Source of the DNA: Vicinamibacterales bacterium
Lineage (GTDB): Bacteria > Acidobacteriota > Vicinamibacteria > Vicinamibacterales > UBA823
NCBI GenBank assembly: GCA_965197385.1
Contig: CBDANA010000008.1
Location: forward strand, 31,717-95,716
Direction: 5' to 3'
Length of the DNA stretch: 64,000 bases
This document shows positions 43,663-52,770 of this stretch, one piece after another; the first letter of the stretch is position 1, and each line of letters begins with the position of its first letter. Both the position numbers and the translations under genes were made by a program. The notes beneath the pieces were generated by a model that had not been told where the DNA came from, did no database searches, and worked only from the letters and a program-made list of their open reading frames with translations.

Positions 43663-45891
43663 ATGCGACCCACGGCACTCCGTCTCGCGGCGATGCTGGG
43701 AACGTGCCTGTGGATGGGATCGGCGGCAGGTCAAGACGCTGGCGAGTTACGACTTCCCTCTCCCATCTTTCCTGAGGCGATCGTCTTGTGGCGCGACGGC
43801 CGCGTGCACGAGGCGCTTACCCGGCTCACAGACGCCCGCGTCGTCGTCGATGGCACAGCGATCGAGCCCAGGGTTCTTCGCGCGCGGCTGCTCGAAGCGG
43901 CCGAGCGATCGGTCGAGAGCGAAGCAATCTGGCGCGGGATCGCCGATGACGAACCGGCGCTCCGCGCCTTCGCCCTCGACCGGCTAGTCGGCCTCGCGGC
44001 GGCCCGGGGCGCGGCCACCGACGCGGATGCCTACCTGACGGCACTCACGGACGGTCGTCCGACGCGGGTTCACCTGGCCCGACTCCTGGCCGTCGCCAAG
44101 GCGCTCCGGGCGGCGAACGACCTGAATCGGGCCGAGCGCCGGTATCGCGAGTTGCTGCGGCTCGCGCGCTCCAATGCAACCGCCGACAGGGGCCGAATGG
44201 GTCTGGCCGCCATTCACGAGGCCAACGGCGACGTCGCGCGCGCGATCGCGCGCTACCGCGAGACACAACTGGAATTTCGCTCGGCCGCGGCGTTCGTGGA
44301 GGCCCGTGCCGCGGAGCGACGCCTGGCGCGCACCGCCGGACGCCCGCTCGACCCGCTGACGGCCGATCAGTATCGGGGCCTCGTGCGACGTCTCCGGAAC
44401 ACCGCCCGGTACGGCACGGCGCTCGAGCTCATCGAAGAGTGGTCGGAGGCGAATGCCGGTGGAGCAGAGGCCGAGATCATCGATCTCGAGCGAATCGAAA
44501 CGCTCTACGCCCAGCGCGCGAACGACGCGGCGATCGCCCGCTGCGCCAACTTCACGGTCCGCTACCCGTCGAACCGGCAGCTGCCCCGAGTGCGGCTCAT
44601 CCGCTTTCGTCTCGCGGTGCGCCTCGGCCGCACCGACGAGGTCACGGCGCTCGGCGGCGAATTATGGAACGACCCGAGCATCCCCGCAGGCATCCGGCGC
44701 GACACCGGTACCTTGCTCGGCGCTTATCTGGTCGCCGTGGGCGACGTCGAGACCGGGCTCGACGTCTACCGTGAGCTCTTCCGGATCACCCGAAGGGCGG
44801 ACGACCAGCGGGCGATTCTGTGGCGGGCCGGCGTCGCCGCGCTGCGCGCCGGACAGCTGGAGCGCGCCGCAACGAACCTTCGCGGACTCGTCAGACGCCG
44901 CCCGTCAGGCAACCTGGCGCCGGCAGCGCTCTACTGGCAGGGCATCGCCGAGCAGCGGCTCGGGCGAACGCAGGCCGCCCTCACGGCGTTTCGCAGCCTG
45001 ACGGCACGCTACCCGTATCATTACTACGGCGTGCGTGCCTCAGAGCGGCTAAGAGAAGACCGCCTCCTCGAAGACCCGCTCGTCGAGGCGGCAGGTGCGC
45101 GGCGGCAGGTGCCGCTCGCATTCCCGGCGCTGACGTTATCGCGCGGTACGCGGGCGGCCGCCGAGCTGCGTGCCGCGACGCTCCTGGCGCGGGCTGGACT
45201 ACCCGAGGATGCTGCCGCGTCGCTCCTGCGTCTGCTGGATCGACAGTCGCGGGATCGCGGCCTGGCGCTCCTGACCGCGCGGGCGCTGGCCGACGCCGGT
45301 GAGTTCGGCCGGGTCTCGCGCGTGATCACCAACCACTTCGGAGAGTTTCTGCACCGCCCGGCCGACGACCTGCCACCCGACTTCTGGCAGCTTGTCTACC
45401 CCAGACCGTTCTGGGACGCCGTGCGGCCGGCGGCTGAGGCCAACGGCCTCGATCCGCTCATGCTGTATGCCGTGATGCGTCAGGAGTCGCGCTTCGATCC
45501 GCAGGCGCGCTCCGCGGTCGGCGCGATCGGACTGTTCCAGATCATGCCGTACACGGCTGCCGAGCTCGGCCCGCGCGTCGGGGTCGGCGACATCAGCGAC
45601 GACGAGGCAGCGATGATGCGGCCGGGCGTCAATGCGGCGATCGGCGCCCGGCTCACCAGCAGCCTCCTCGACATGTTCGACGGCCACCTCGCCCCGGTGG
45701 CCGCGTCGTACAACGCCGGCGAGGACCTGGCGCGCATCTGGTGGACGGCCACCGAGGGCTGGCGCGAAGACTACTTCGTCGATGCGATTCCCTACAGCGA
45801 GACCCGCCGGTTCGTACGGGAGGTCCTGACGAACTACGCCACGTATCGGCGGCTCTACGGCGACGGCGCGGCGTCGCCACGGCGGCCTTGA
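43663..45891 (+). CDS. Soluble lytic murein transglycosylase (Slt70-like)
   Basis: ORF 43531..45891, probable start MRPTALRLAAMLG (43663). It has long TPR/superhelical repeats and a C-terminal SLT domain, ..LMLYAVMRQESRFDPQARSAVGAIGLFQIMP..ASYNAGE... Confidence 0.85.
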   Translation: MRPTALRLAAMLGTCLWMGSAAGQDAGELRLPSPIFPEAIVLWRDGRVHEALTRLTDARVVVDGTAIEPRVLRARLLEAAERSVESEAIWRGIADDEPALRAFALDRLVGLAAARGAATDADAYLTALTDGRPTRVHLARLLAVAKALRAANDLNRAERRYRELLRLARSNATADRGRMGLAAIHEANGDVARAIARYRETQLEFRSAAAFVEARAAERRLARTAGRPLDPLTADQYRGLVRRLRNTARYGTALELIEEWSEANAGGAEAEIIDLERIETLYAQRANDAAIARCANFTVRYPSNRQLPRVRLIRFRLAVRLGRTDEVTALGGELWNDPSIPAGIRRDTGTLLGAYLVAVGDVETGLDVYRELFRITRRADDQRAILWRAGVAALRAGQLERAATNLRGLVRRRPSGNLAPAALYWQGIAEQRLGRTQAALTAFRSLTARYPYHYYGVRASERLREDRLLEDPLVEAAGARRQVPLAFPALTLSRGTRAAAELRAATLLARAGLPEDAAASLLRLLDRQSRDRGLALLTARALADAGEFGRVSRVITNHFGEFLHRPADDLPPDFWQLVYPRPFWDAVRPAAEANGLDPLMLYAVMRQESRFDPQARSAVGAIGLFQIMPYTAAELGPRVGVGDISDDEAAMMRPGVNAAIGARLTSSLLDMFDGHLAPVAASYNAGEDLARIWWTATEGWREDYFVDAIPYSETRRFVREVLTNYATYRRLYGDGAASPRRP

Positions 45892-46000
45892 CTCCGGCCG
45901 CGGCCCGCTTCTCCGTCGCGGGCCACAGCGGGTATCCTAGCCAAGCCCGTATGAGGTCAACGGCGAATCACTGGAACAGGACCCGAGGACGACGTCCAAC

Positions 46001-46789
46001 GTGGAACTGGGATTGAAGGGAAAACGTGCGCTCGTCTGCGCCTCCAGCCGAGGGCTGGGATATGCCTGCGCGCTCGGACTGGCCAGGGAGGGCTGCAACC
46101 TCGTGATGTCGAGCCGAGATCAGGGCCGCATCGACGCGGCGGCCGCCCGGATTCGGAAGTTGACCGACGCCCAGGTGCACGCCGTCGCCGCCGACATCAG
46201 CCAGCCGGAGGCGATCACACAGCTCGTAGGGACCTGCGTCGCCAAGCTCGGCGGACTGGAAATCGTGATTCACAACGCCGGTGGTCCGCCACCCGGCGGC
46301 TTCTCGGACGTGGACGAGGCCGAATGGGCGCTGGCCTTCGAGCTGAGCCTGATGAGCTTCGTGCGAGTCGCCCGTGCCGCCGTCCCGCACATGAAGCAGG
46401 CGGGCTACGGCCGGGTGATCGCCATCGCATCCTCGTCGATTCGCCAGCCCATTCCGAACCTGGTGTTGTCGAACGCCATGCGCATGGGGATCCTCGGGAC
46501 GGCCAAGACGCTGTCGAAGGAGCTCGCCAAGGACAACATCCTGGTCAACGTCATTGCGCCAGGACGCATCTACACCGAGCGGATCGACGAGCTGGATCGG
46601 GCGGACGCTGCGCGCGAAGGCACGACGGTCGAGGCGATCCGAAAAGCGTCGGTGGCGACCATCCCGATCGGCCGGCTAGGCCGGCCGGAAGAGCTGGCGA
46701 ATCTGGTGGTCTTTCTGGCATCCGAGGCGGCCAGCTACATCGCCGGCGCTGCCATTCAGGTGGATGGCGGCATGTTGAGCGCGTATTGA
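46001..46789 (+). CDS. SDR-family oxidoreductase
   Basis: ..KRALVCASSRGLGYA.. (TGxxxGxG-like), ..NAGGPPPG.., ..IASSS...P......SNA.R......K.L..E... GTG start. Confidence 0.85.
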   Translation: MELGLKGKRALVCASSRGLGYACALGLAREGCNLVMSSRDQGRIDAAAARIRKLTDAQVHAVAADISQPEAITQLVGTCVAKLGGLEIVIHNAGGPPPGGFSDVDEAEWALAFELSLMSFVRVARAAVPHMKQAGYGRVIAIASSSIRQPIPNLVLSNAMRMGILGTAKTLSKELAKDNILVNVIAPGRIYTERIDELDRADAAREGTTVEAIRKASVATIPIGRLGRPEELANLVVFLASEAASYIAGAAIQVDGGMLSAY

Positions 46790-46851
46790 GGCGCGCACAG
46801 CGCGCCTCGCGCGGGTCGGCGTGGGGCACTCGGGGTCCCCGCAGAGACCCG

Positions 46852-46860
46852 CGGGGGGGG
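46852..46860. repeat. G9 homopolymer in the convergent intergenic region between the SDR and ggt genes
   Basis: Counted directly. It is part of CCCCGC-AGAGACCC-GCGGGG hairpin-capable sequence. Confidence 0.9.
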
Positions 46861-46883
46861 TCGGGGGCGAAGCCCACGTCTCA

Positions 46884-48575
46884 TTAGCGATCCGTCCCGA
46901 CCGCACCGCCGTCCGCGCTCCGCCGATCCAGGGCACCTGCCAGCAGGTTCTTTTCGACGTCGAAGAGGATCGCCTCGGCCGCGCCCTGGCCGCTGACCTC
47001 GCGCAGCGCATGGCCGCGCAGCTCGAGCAGGCTGATCGTGTCGGGCGACAGTCCGTGCCGCTCGTAGTTGATGCGATCCGGCAGCCACTGGTGGTGGAAC
47101 CGCGGCGCGTCAATCGCCTCCTGCACATTCATGCCGAAATCGACGACGTTCAGGATGGTGTGCAAGACCGTGTTGATGATCGTCCGGCCGCCCGGGCTGC
47201 CGGTGACCATGAACAGCCGGCCATCCTTGGCGACGATCGTCGGCGTCATGCTCGACAGCATGCGCTTCCTCGGCTGGGCCAGGTTCGGCTCGGTGCCGAT
47301 GAGGCCGTCGGCGTTCGTCGTGTCGGGTCCGGCGTTGAAATCCCCCATCTCGTTGTTCAGCAGGAAGCCGGCGCCTGGCACCACGATTCCTGAGCCATAG
47401 CCGAATTCCAGCGTATAGGTGAGCGAGACCGCGTTCCGCTCGCGATCCACAATGGAGAAATGGGTCGTCTCGGGGCTCCCCGCAGGCCAGGTGAAGCTGG
47501 TCGGGCTAGACACGGACGCCGCGTCCTCGTCGATCGAGGCGCGCTGTTCGACAGCGTACGCCTTGGACGTCAGCCGGTCGATCGGCATGTCCGGATTGAA
47601 GTCCGGATCGCCTAGGTGCAGCGCACGGTCCGCGTAGGCGCGGCGCATCGCCTCGGCGATCAAGTGGACAGTCTGTGCCGAGCGAAAGCCGAGCGTCGCC
47701 AGGTCGTACTCCTCGAGCACGTTAAGCATCTGCACCAGCACGGTGCCGCCAGAGCTCGGCGGTGGCATCGAGATGATTTCGTAGCCACGATAGGTGCCGC
47801 GGATCGGCTCCCGCTTCTTGGCCTCGTAGCTCGCCAGGTCCTCCTCGGTAATCAGCCCGCCGTTCTTCCGCATCTCGTCGGCAATGAGCTTGGCAGTCTC
47901 CCCCGCGTAGAAGCCGGCCGGCCCCTGGTCGGCGATCCGCTCCAGCGTGTCCGCCAGGTCGGGCTGCGCGAACGTCTCACCCGCCGCGTAGGGCACGCCG
48001 TGCTTGGAGAAGTGCGCGACCGATGGCGGATACTGGCTCATGCGCTCCAGCACGCGCGCGAGCGAGGCGGACAGCGCATGCGTCACGTTAAATCCGTCGC
48101 GCGCCAGTGCGATCGACGGCTCCACGAGGCGCCGCCAGGGCAACCGGCCGTGGTTCTGCCAGGCCAGATGCAGGCCGGCTACCGTTCCCGGTACCCCCAC
48201 CGACAGGTGACTCAGGTGGTGTCGATCAGACGAGTACTCATCGTTCTCGAACCACATGGTCGACGACGCACTGGCCGGCGCGGCCTCCCGGAAGTCGTAG
48301 GCGATCGCCTCGCCCGACGCCGCGCGGTGCACCAGAAAACCACCGCCGCCGATGTTGCCCGCGGTCGGGTGGGTGACGGCGAGCGCGAACGCCGTCGCGA
48401 CCGCCGCGTCCACCGCGGTGCCGCCGTCCTCCAGCGCCTCGACTCCGACGCGCGAGGCAATTTCGTTCTGTGACACGACCATGCCAGTGCGGGCCATGAT
48501 CGGCTGGCTCCCGGCGTGCACCAGCGCAATCGCGGTGCCTGCGATCAGTGCGACGACGATACTGAAACGCTTCAT
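46884..48575 (-). CDS. ggt: Gamma-glutamyltransferase
   Basis: ORF 46884..48602, start MKRFSIVVALIAG (48575, preceded by GAGGTGAGGGG). ..NIGGGGFLV..TTHFSIVD..GSGIVVPGAGFLLNNEMGDF..SSMTPTIV..GSPGG..I.... Confidence 0.92.
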   Translation of the reverse strand: MKRFSIVVALIAGTAIALVHAGSQPIMARTGMVVSQNEIASRVGVEALEDGGTAVDAAVATAFALAVTHPTAGNIGGGGFLVHRAASGEAIAYDFREAAPASASSTMWFENDEYSSDRHHLSHLSVGVPGTVAGLHLAWQNHGRLPWRRLVEPSIALARDGFNVTHALSASLARVLERMSQYPPSVAHFSKHGVPYAAGETFAQPDLADTLERIADQGPAGFYAGETAKLIADEMRKNGGLITEEDLASYEAKKREPIRGTYRGYEIISMPPPSSGGTVLVQMLNVLEEYDLATLGFRSAQTVHLIAEAMRRAYADRALHLGDPDFNPDMPIDRLTSKAYAVEQRASIDEDAASVSSPTSFTWPAGSPETTHFSIVDRERNAVSLTYTLEFGYGSGIVVPGAGFLLNNEMGDFNAGPDTTNADGLIGTEPNLAQPRKRMLSSMTPTIVAKDGRLFMVTGSPGGRTIINTVLHTILNVVDFGMNVQEAIDAPRFHHQWLPDRINYERHGLSPDTISLLELRGHALREVSGQGAAEAILFDVEKNLLAGALDRRSADGGAVGTDR

Positions 48576-48601
48576 GTCGATTCCCCTCACCTCTTGCCCC
48601 A

Positions 48602-51043
48602 TCAGCGGCTCAGCGGCTCAGCGGGCACCAGCCGTTCGGTGCGCTCAGCGACCGACTCGATCGTTGCGCGCGAATAGAATACTGGAAAATACTTCCCCTC
48701 CGCCCACAGGTCGAAGAGATCGCGGTAATGCGGGTCGTCGGGATCGCCCGACTGCCCCGGCGCGTTGGTCCCAACCGAATGGTCCCAGTTCTCGGTGTCG
48801 GCAATGATCCGGAACGAGGCGCCCGACGTTTGGTTGTCGCCGTTGCCGGTGTTGTTGAGGGTACGGCCGTAGCCGCCGCGGGCCACGGGGCCCACGTCGA
48901 GCCTGGCTCGTGTCGCGTCGTCGACCGCCGAGCTCATCGGGTGGCGGATCAAGGCGTGCTTGTACGCCGGCTGGCCGTACCGCCACGCGCGCATGTCCGG
49001 CCCCAATCGTGATTCGAGATCATCGATCGCCTGCTGTAAGCTGTCGGCGAGCAGCCGATCGCGGCCGGCGATCGGGTCGTCACCGAAGCGCCCGTCGGGT
49101 GCCGCCAGCCAGTTGAGGAGCTTCTTCATATTGAGCCCACCGAGCAGATCGCGGATCGACTCCGGCACCAGGAGATCCCGGGCATTGCTCGCGAGACGCC
49201 GTTCCCACGCCACGTAGATCGCCGCGGCAATCGACTCACGGTCGAGCACGGCGTCCCACTCCAGCAGCCGACGGCGCGCCTCACGGGCCGTGTCTCCGTC
49301 GATGCTGACACCCTCCAGAAACGGCACGAGGTTGCGCGCCAGCACCGACAGCTCGTCGTGCTGCAAGCGCATCATGTCGATGATGGTGTGCCGCCGCCCG
49401 GACCGGAGCACCTCGTTCAGCCGGACGGCACGCAATTCGTCGCCCCACGTGTAGTGCAGCGCATCGAGGTGAGGGTAACCGTTGGGCACCATGAAGTTGT
49501 TCGCCGTGCCGAAATATCCCTCGGGCGGGTTGACGACGTGCGGCAGCGCCTGGATCGGCAGGTAGCCGTCCCACTCGTATCGACCGTCGCCCGGCATCGG
49601 AACGAGGCCGCTCCAGTTCGGTCGGATGGGTGACACGCCGACGGCCTGATAGCCGATCGTCTTCTCTCGATCGGCCCACACCATGTTCTCCGCCGGAATG
49701 CGGCTGTAGCTGCACGCCTCCCGGAACGCCTCCCAGGTGGTGGCCTGGTCCATTCTGAGGCTCGCCAGGTACGGGGCCGACCCGATGTCGAGCCACGCCG
49801 CCCGCAACGCATAGGCCGTGTGATGCTCGAGATCCTCGTGCAGCACCGGGCCGTGACGCGTGTACTTGAGCGCCACCGTGACGGGCGACTCTCCCTTGAC
49901 GGTAATCTCCTCCTCGATGACCCGCATGCGCTCCCAGCCGCCGAGGTACCGGTACTCCAGCGGGTCATCCGGATTCGTGTCGTAAACGTACAGGTCCTCG
50001 CTGTCTTGACCGAAGACAGTCAAGCCCCAGGCGCCGTACTCGTTGTGGCCGATGGAGACGCCAGGCAGAACCGGCTCACCACCGCCGATGACGTTCCACC
50101 CAGGTCCGACGAGGTGCACCCAGTAACGGAGCGATGGCGCCTGCTGGACGCGATGCGGATCGTTCGCCATGAACGGGAAGCCGCTCAGCGTCCGTCCGTC
50201 GCCGATCACCCAGTTGTTGCTGCCGATCGCTTCATGCTCGTCGGCCAGGTCCGCTTCGGCCGGGATCGCCGCCGCGCGCCCCTCGAAGGACGCCCGGTCG
50301 GCCCGGAACGCCGGGACGATGTCTTCGGGAACGAAGCGGATCGGCCGCTTGAAGGCTCGATAGACGGTCAGGATCTCGTCGGTCAGGAGCGTTCCGTCGA
50401 TGGCCGGGTCGAGAGCAAGGTCGGGCTCTCCCGGCCTGAACCAGGACAGCTCGCGCACCTGCTCGGCCCCGACGCGCTCGACCGCCTGCCCGTACGCGAC
50501 CTCGCTGGTCAGATTGGCGAGGAGCCCCTGATGCCGAGAGATCACGACTTCGGCGGTCCAATGGCCCGGCGTGATCCCGAGCAGCGCGAACTCGATCGGG
50601 AGCAACTCGGGCTGCTGCTCGCTGAGATTGATGTAGGCGTTGATCCCGCGAACGAACGCCTGGATGATGGCCTCACCGTGCGGGTGATAGTGGTTGAGCT
50701 CCTGCTGAAGATTGCCGCGAACTCGAAGAAGGCGAGTGCCGATGTCGTCTTCCAGCATCCGCCGGCCGAGGATCTCCGCAGTCGTTCCAGTCGCCTTGCG
50801 ACGCCACAGCTCGAACTGAAACAGCCGGTCGCGCGCCGCGTTGAATCCCTGGGCGAAGAACAGATCGGCTTCGGTCTCGGTGTAGATATGGGCGATGCCC
50901 CACCGGTCCTTGATGATCTCCACCGGCTCGGTGAGCCCGGCCAGTTGCAGGGTTTCCGCCTGCGCCTGTGCGCGGCCGGTCGTACCGACCAGCCCAGCAA
51001 AGACGAACACGAGACCGATGGTCACGAGACGAATGATCTTCAT
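48602..51043 (-). CDS. Penicillin acylase family protein (peptidase S45, Ntn hydrolase)
   Basis: ORF 48602..51193, start MKIIRLVTIGLVFVFAG (51043). ..IKDRWGIAHIY.....DLFFAQGF..A.DRLFQ.E..RR...G..AE..G.. and the nucleophile region ..IGSNNWVI. Confidence 0.88.
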   Translation of the reverse strand: MKIIRLVTIGLVFVFAGLVGTTGRAQAQAETLQLAGLTEPVEIIKDRWGIAHIYTETEADLFFAQGFNAARDRLFQFELWRRKATGTTAEILGRRMLEDDIGTRLLRVRGNLQQELNHYHPHGEAIIQAFVRGINAYINLSEQQPELLPIEFALLGITPGHWTAEVVISRHQGLLANLTSEVAYGQAVERVGAEQVRELSWFRPGEPDLALDPAIDGTLLTDEILTVYRAFKRPIRFVPEDIVPAFRADRASFEGRAAAIPAEADLADEHEAIGSNNWVIGDGRTLSGFPFMANDPHRVQQAPSLRYWVHLVGPGWNVIGGGEPVLPGVSIGHNEYGAWGLTVFGQDSEDLYVYDTNPDDPLEYRYLGGWERMRVIEEEITVKGESPVTVALKYTRHGPVLHEDLEHHTAYALRAAWLDIGSAPYLASLRMDQATTWEAFREACSYSRIPAENMVWADREKTIGYQAVGVSPIRPNWSGLVPMPGDGRYEWDGYLPIQALPHVVNPPEGYFGTANNFMVPNGYPHLDALHYTWGDELRAVRLNEVLRSGRRHTIIDMMRLQHDELSVLARNLVPFLEGVSIDGDTAREARRRLLEWDAVLDRESIAAAIYVAWERRLASNARDLLVPESIRDLLGGLNMKKLLNWLAAPDGRFGDDPIAGRDRLLADSLQQAIDDLESRLGPDMRAWRYGQPAYKHALIRHPMSSAVDDATRARLDVGPVARGGYGRTLNNTGNGDNQTSGASFRIIADTENWDHSVGTNAPGQSGDPDDPHYRDLFDLWAEGKYFPVFYSRATIESVAERTERLVPAEPLSR

Positions 51044-51329
51044 ACGTCGCTCCAGTCGACAGGTGCCGCCAGCGGCATTATACGGGGCAGCGTGCGAAGG
51101 CCGGCCCAGGAAGGATCGCTCTCGGAGTGCGTCTAGGCAGAACTTCACAACGCGATTGGCCGCCGCGGGCGCGCCACATCGTCGAGCCGGCATTCGACCC
51201 GCCCGAATCCCCGGCGGCGGAAGCGATCGCTGGACCGGCGAGCCTACCCGGCCAGGCGGACGCCAGCTCGTAGGCCGCGCTGTCGAGCGTTCTTCGTATT
51301 CGCTCTAGCGGCCCTGGACTCACCCCCCC

Positions 51330-51870
51330 ATCCGCCACAGGGTCCGCGCTAGCAGCCCGCGGCCTCCAGAGGACGTCAATCGCCCAGACCTCATCCAGGC
51401 GTTGCGCTAGTCGCTCGAATGCGGCTGGTTCGAGCTTCTTGGTGAGAATGTGGTGCAGCCTCTCACGCCACTCAGCGTCGTCGTTAGACGGATCGTCGGT
51501 CGTACTGCTCTTGGCCTACGGCTTCGTCTTTGGTCCCTCCGTCTTGTCGAGGGCCCTGACGAACTTCACAACTTCGCCCGAATCGATTTCTTCGGTAGCT
51601 TTCGCTTTCGGAGTCAGTGCCCAGACGCCACGGCTTGAGTTCTCCAGCAGTCCAAATTTCCGTAGATAGGTCCGCGCCCAGGCAAGGCGATACGCCACTT
51701 CTGACACATTGCTCTTCTCGGGGTCGTGAAGCTGTCCAAGCACCTCTTCCGGGATGCTCTCCAGTTCAGCAACCTTGTCGTAGATTCCGTCGATCGAGCC
51801 TGACCCCCCCCAAGGCGCAAAGGGCCCGAAGCAACGGGTTCATCAGACTGTCGTATGTTGGCAGCTTCAC
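51330..51870 (-). pseudogene. Mrr-like restriction endonuclease remnant: N-terminal winged-helix (Mrr_N) domain with a +1 frameshift in a C8/G8 tract, an in-frame TAG, and loss of the catalytic domain
   Basis: VKLPTYDSLMNPLLRALCALGG (ORF 51766..52023) continues, after removing one G of the G8 run (51804-51811), as SGSIDGIYDKVAELESIPEEVLGQLHDPEKSNVSEVAYRLAWARTYLRKFGLLENSSRGVWALTPKA.. (ORF 51516..51743). A TAG lies at 51516-51518. The frame then reads ..AEWRERLHHILTKKLEPAAFERLAQRL.. and homology fades. The segment has lower GC. Confidence 0.75.
51804..51811. repeat. C8 (G8 on the coding strand) homopolymer inside the Mrr-like gene
   Basis: Counted directly. It is the site of the +1 frameshift. 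Confidence 0.95.
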
Positions 51871-52185
51871 GATTGTATTTTCCTGACGTCTGACGTCAAA
51901 CAAATGTCGGCCGAACTCGATAACCCAGTATCTGAGCGACGGCTGCGGTGTAGCGCGCCGGTCGGCCGGATTCAATTTGCCAGGAAGTGCTACTACCATC
52001 GTTGCTTGTCGTTGTATCAGCAAGGGCAGCAGGCGGGATACGCAGAACTCGACAACACGGAGGCGGGCCGCAGGTCGCGCCTGAATACCGGTGAGTACTC
52101 AGGCCAATTTCTGACAGATTGCGACTATGATCGCCCCAGGGGCGCGGGCTGATCCGCGCTCCTCCGACCGACTCGAGGGCTCCCC

Positions 52186-52755
52186 ATGGCGTGGATCAAG
52201 ACGATCGGCTACGAACACTCCGCCGGCCTGCTGCGCCTGGAATACGACAAGGCGATCAAGCGCGCCGGCAAGATCTACAACATCGTCGGCATCATGGGCC
52301 TGCGGCCGATGCAGATGAAGGCGAGCATGGATCTCTACGGCGCCATCATGCACGGCCGCGCCGCGCTCAGTCGCGCGCAGCGGGAAATGCTGGCGGTCGT
52401 CGTCTCGCAGATCAACCAGTGTCATTATTGAGTGGAAGCGCACGCCGACGACCTCCGGGCCGAGGTCGCCGAGATCGAGGACGACGCGTTCGTGGACCGC
52501 TTCAAAGTGGACTGGCGCAGCGCCGACCTGACGTCGCTGGACGGTGCGCTCATGGCGTACGCGGAGAAGCTGACCCGCACGCCGTGGGACGTCAGACCCG
52601 AGGACCTGGACCAGCTGCGCGGGGCCGGCGCGACCGACGACCAGATCAGCGACGCGGCCCAGGTGATCGCCTACTTCAATTACATCAATCGGGTCGCCGA
52701 CGGCCTGGGCGTGGACCTCGAGCCGTCGATGCCCCCCGATCCGCGGGGCGGCTAA
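52186..52755 (+). CDS. AhpD/carboxymuconolactone-decarboxylase-family 'peroxidase-related' protein with an in-frame TGA at 52429-52431 (candidate selenocysteine; otherwise a pseudogene)
   Basis: ORFs 52186..52431 and 52432..52755 are contiguous in one frame. The junction reads ..LAVVVSQINQCHY[TGA]VEAHADDLR.., matching C-x-x-[C]-x-x-x-H of the family. The C-terminal half (..ALMAYAEKLT......L..L...G..D..I.DAAQVIAYFNYINR.A..LG) is typical of the family. Confidence 0.6.
52447..52470 (+). promoter_or_regulatory. Hairpin 15 nt downstream of the in-frame TGA; candidate bacterial SECIS element
   Basis: GACGACCUC-CGGGCC-GAGGUCGCC gives 8 Watson-Crick pairs with one A/C mismatch and a 6-nt loop containing G. 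The apical loop is ~27 nt from the U of UGA. Confidence 0.4.
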
Positions 52756-52770
52756 CGGCCCGCAGACGCC

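Noticed and set aside
48603-48623. Tandem CAGCGGCT repeats at the ggt / penicillin-acylase junction.
   Set aside because: Only about 2.5 copies are present, and they lie within the last codons of the acylase (..PAEPLSR*). This is most simply a coding coincidence in GC-rich sequence.
51884-51898. TGACGTC-TGACGTCA duplicated CRE-like palindrome upstream of the Mrr-like remnant as a regulatory site.
   Set aside because: It is a single short occurrence next to a dead gene. No second copy or partner regulator is visible in the window.
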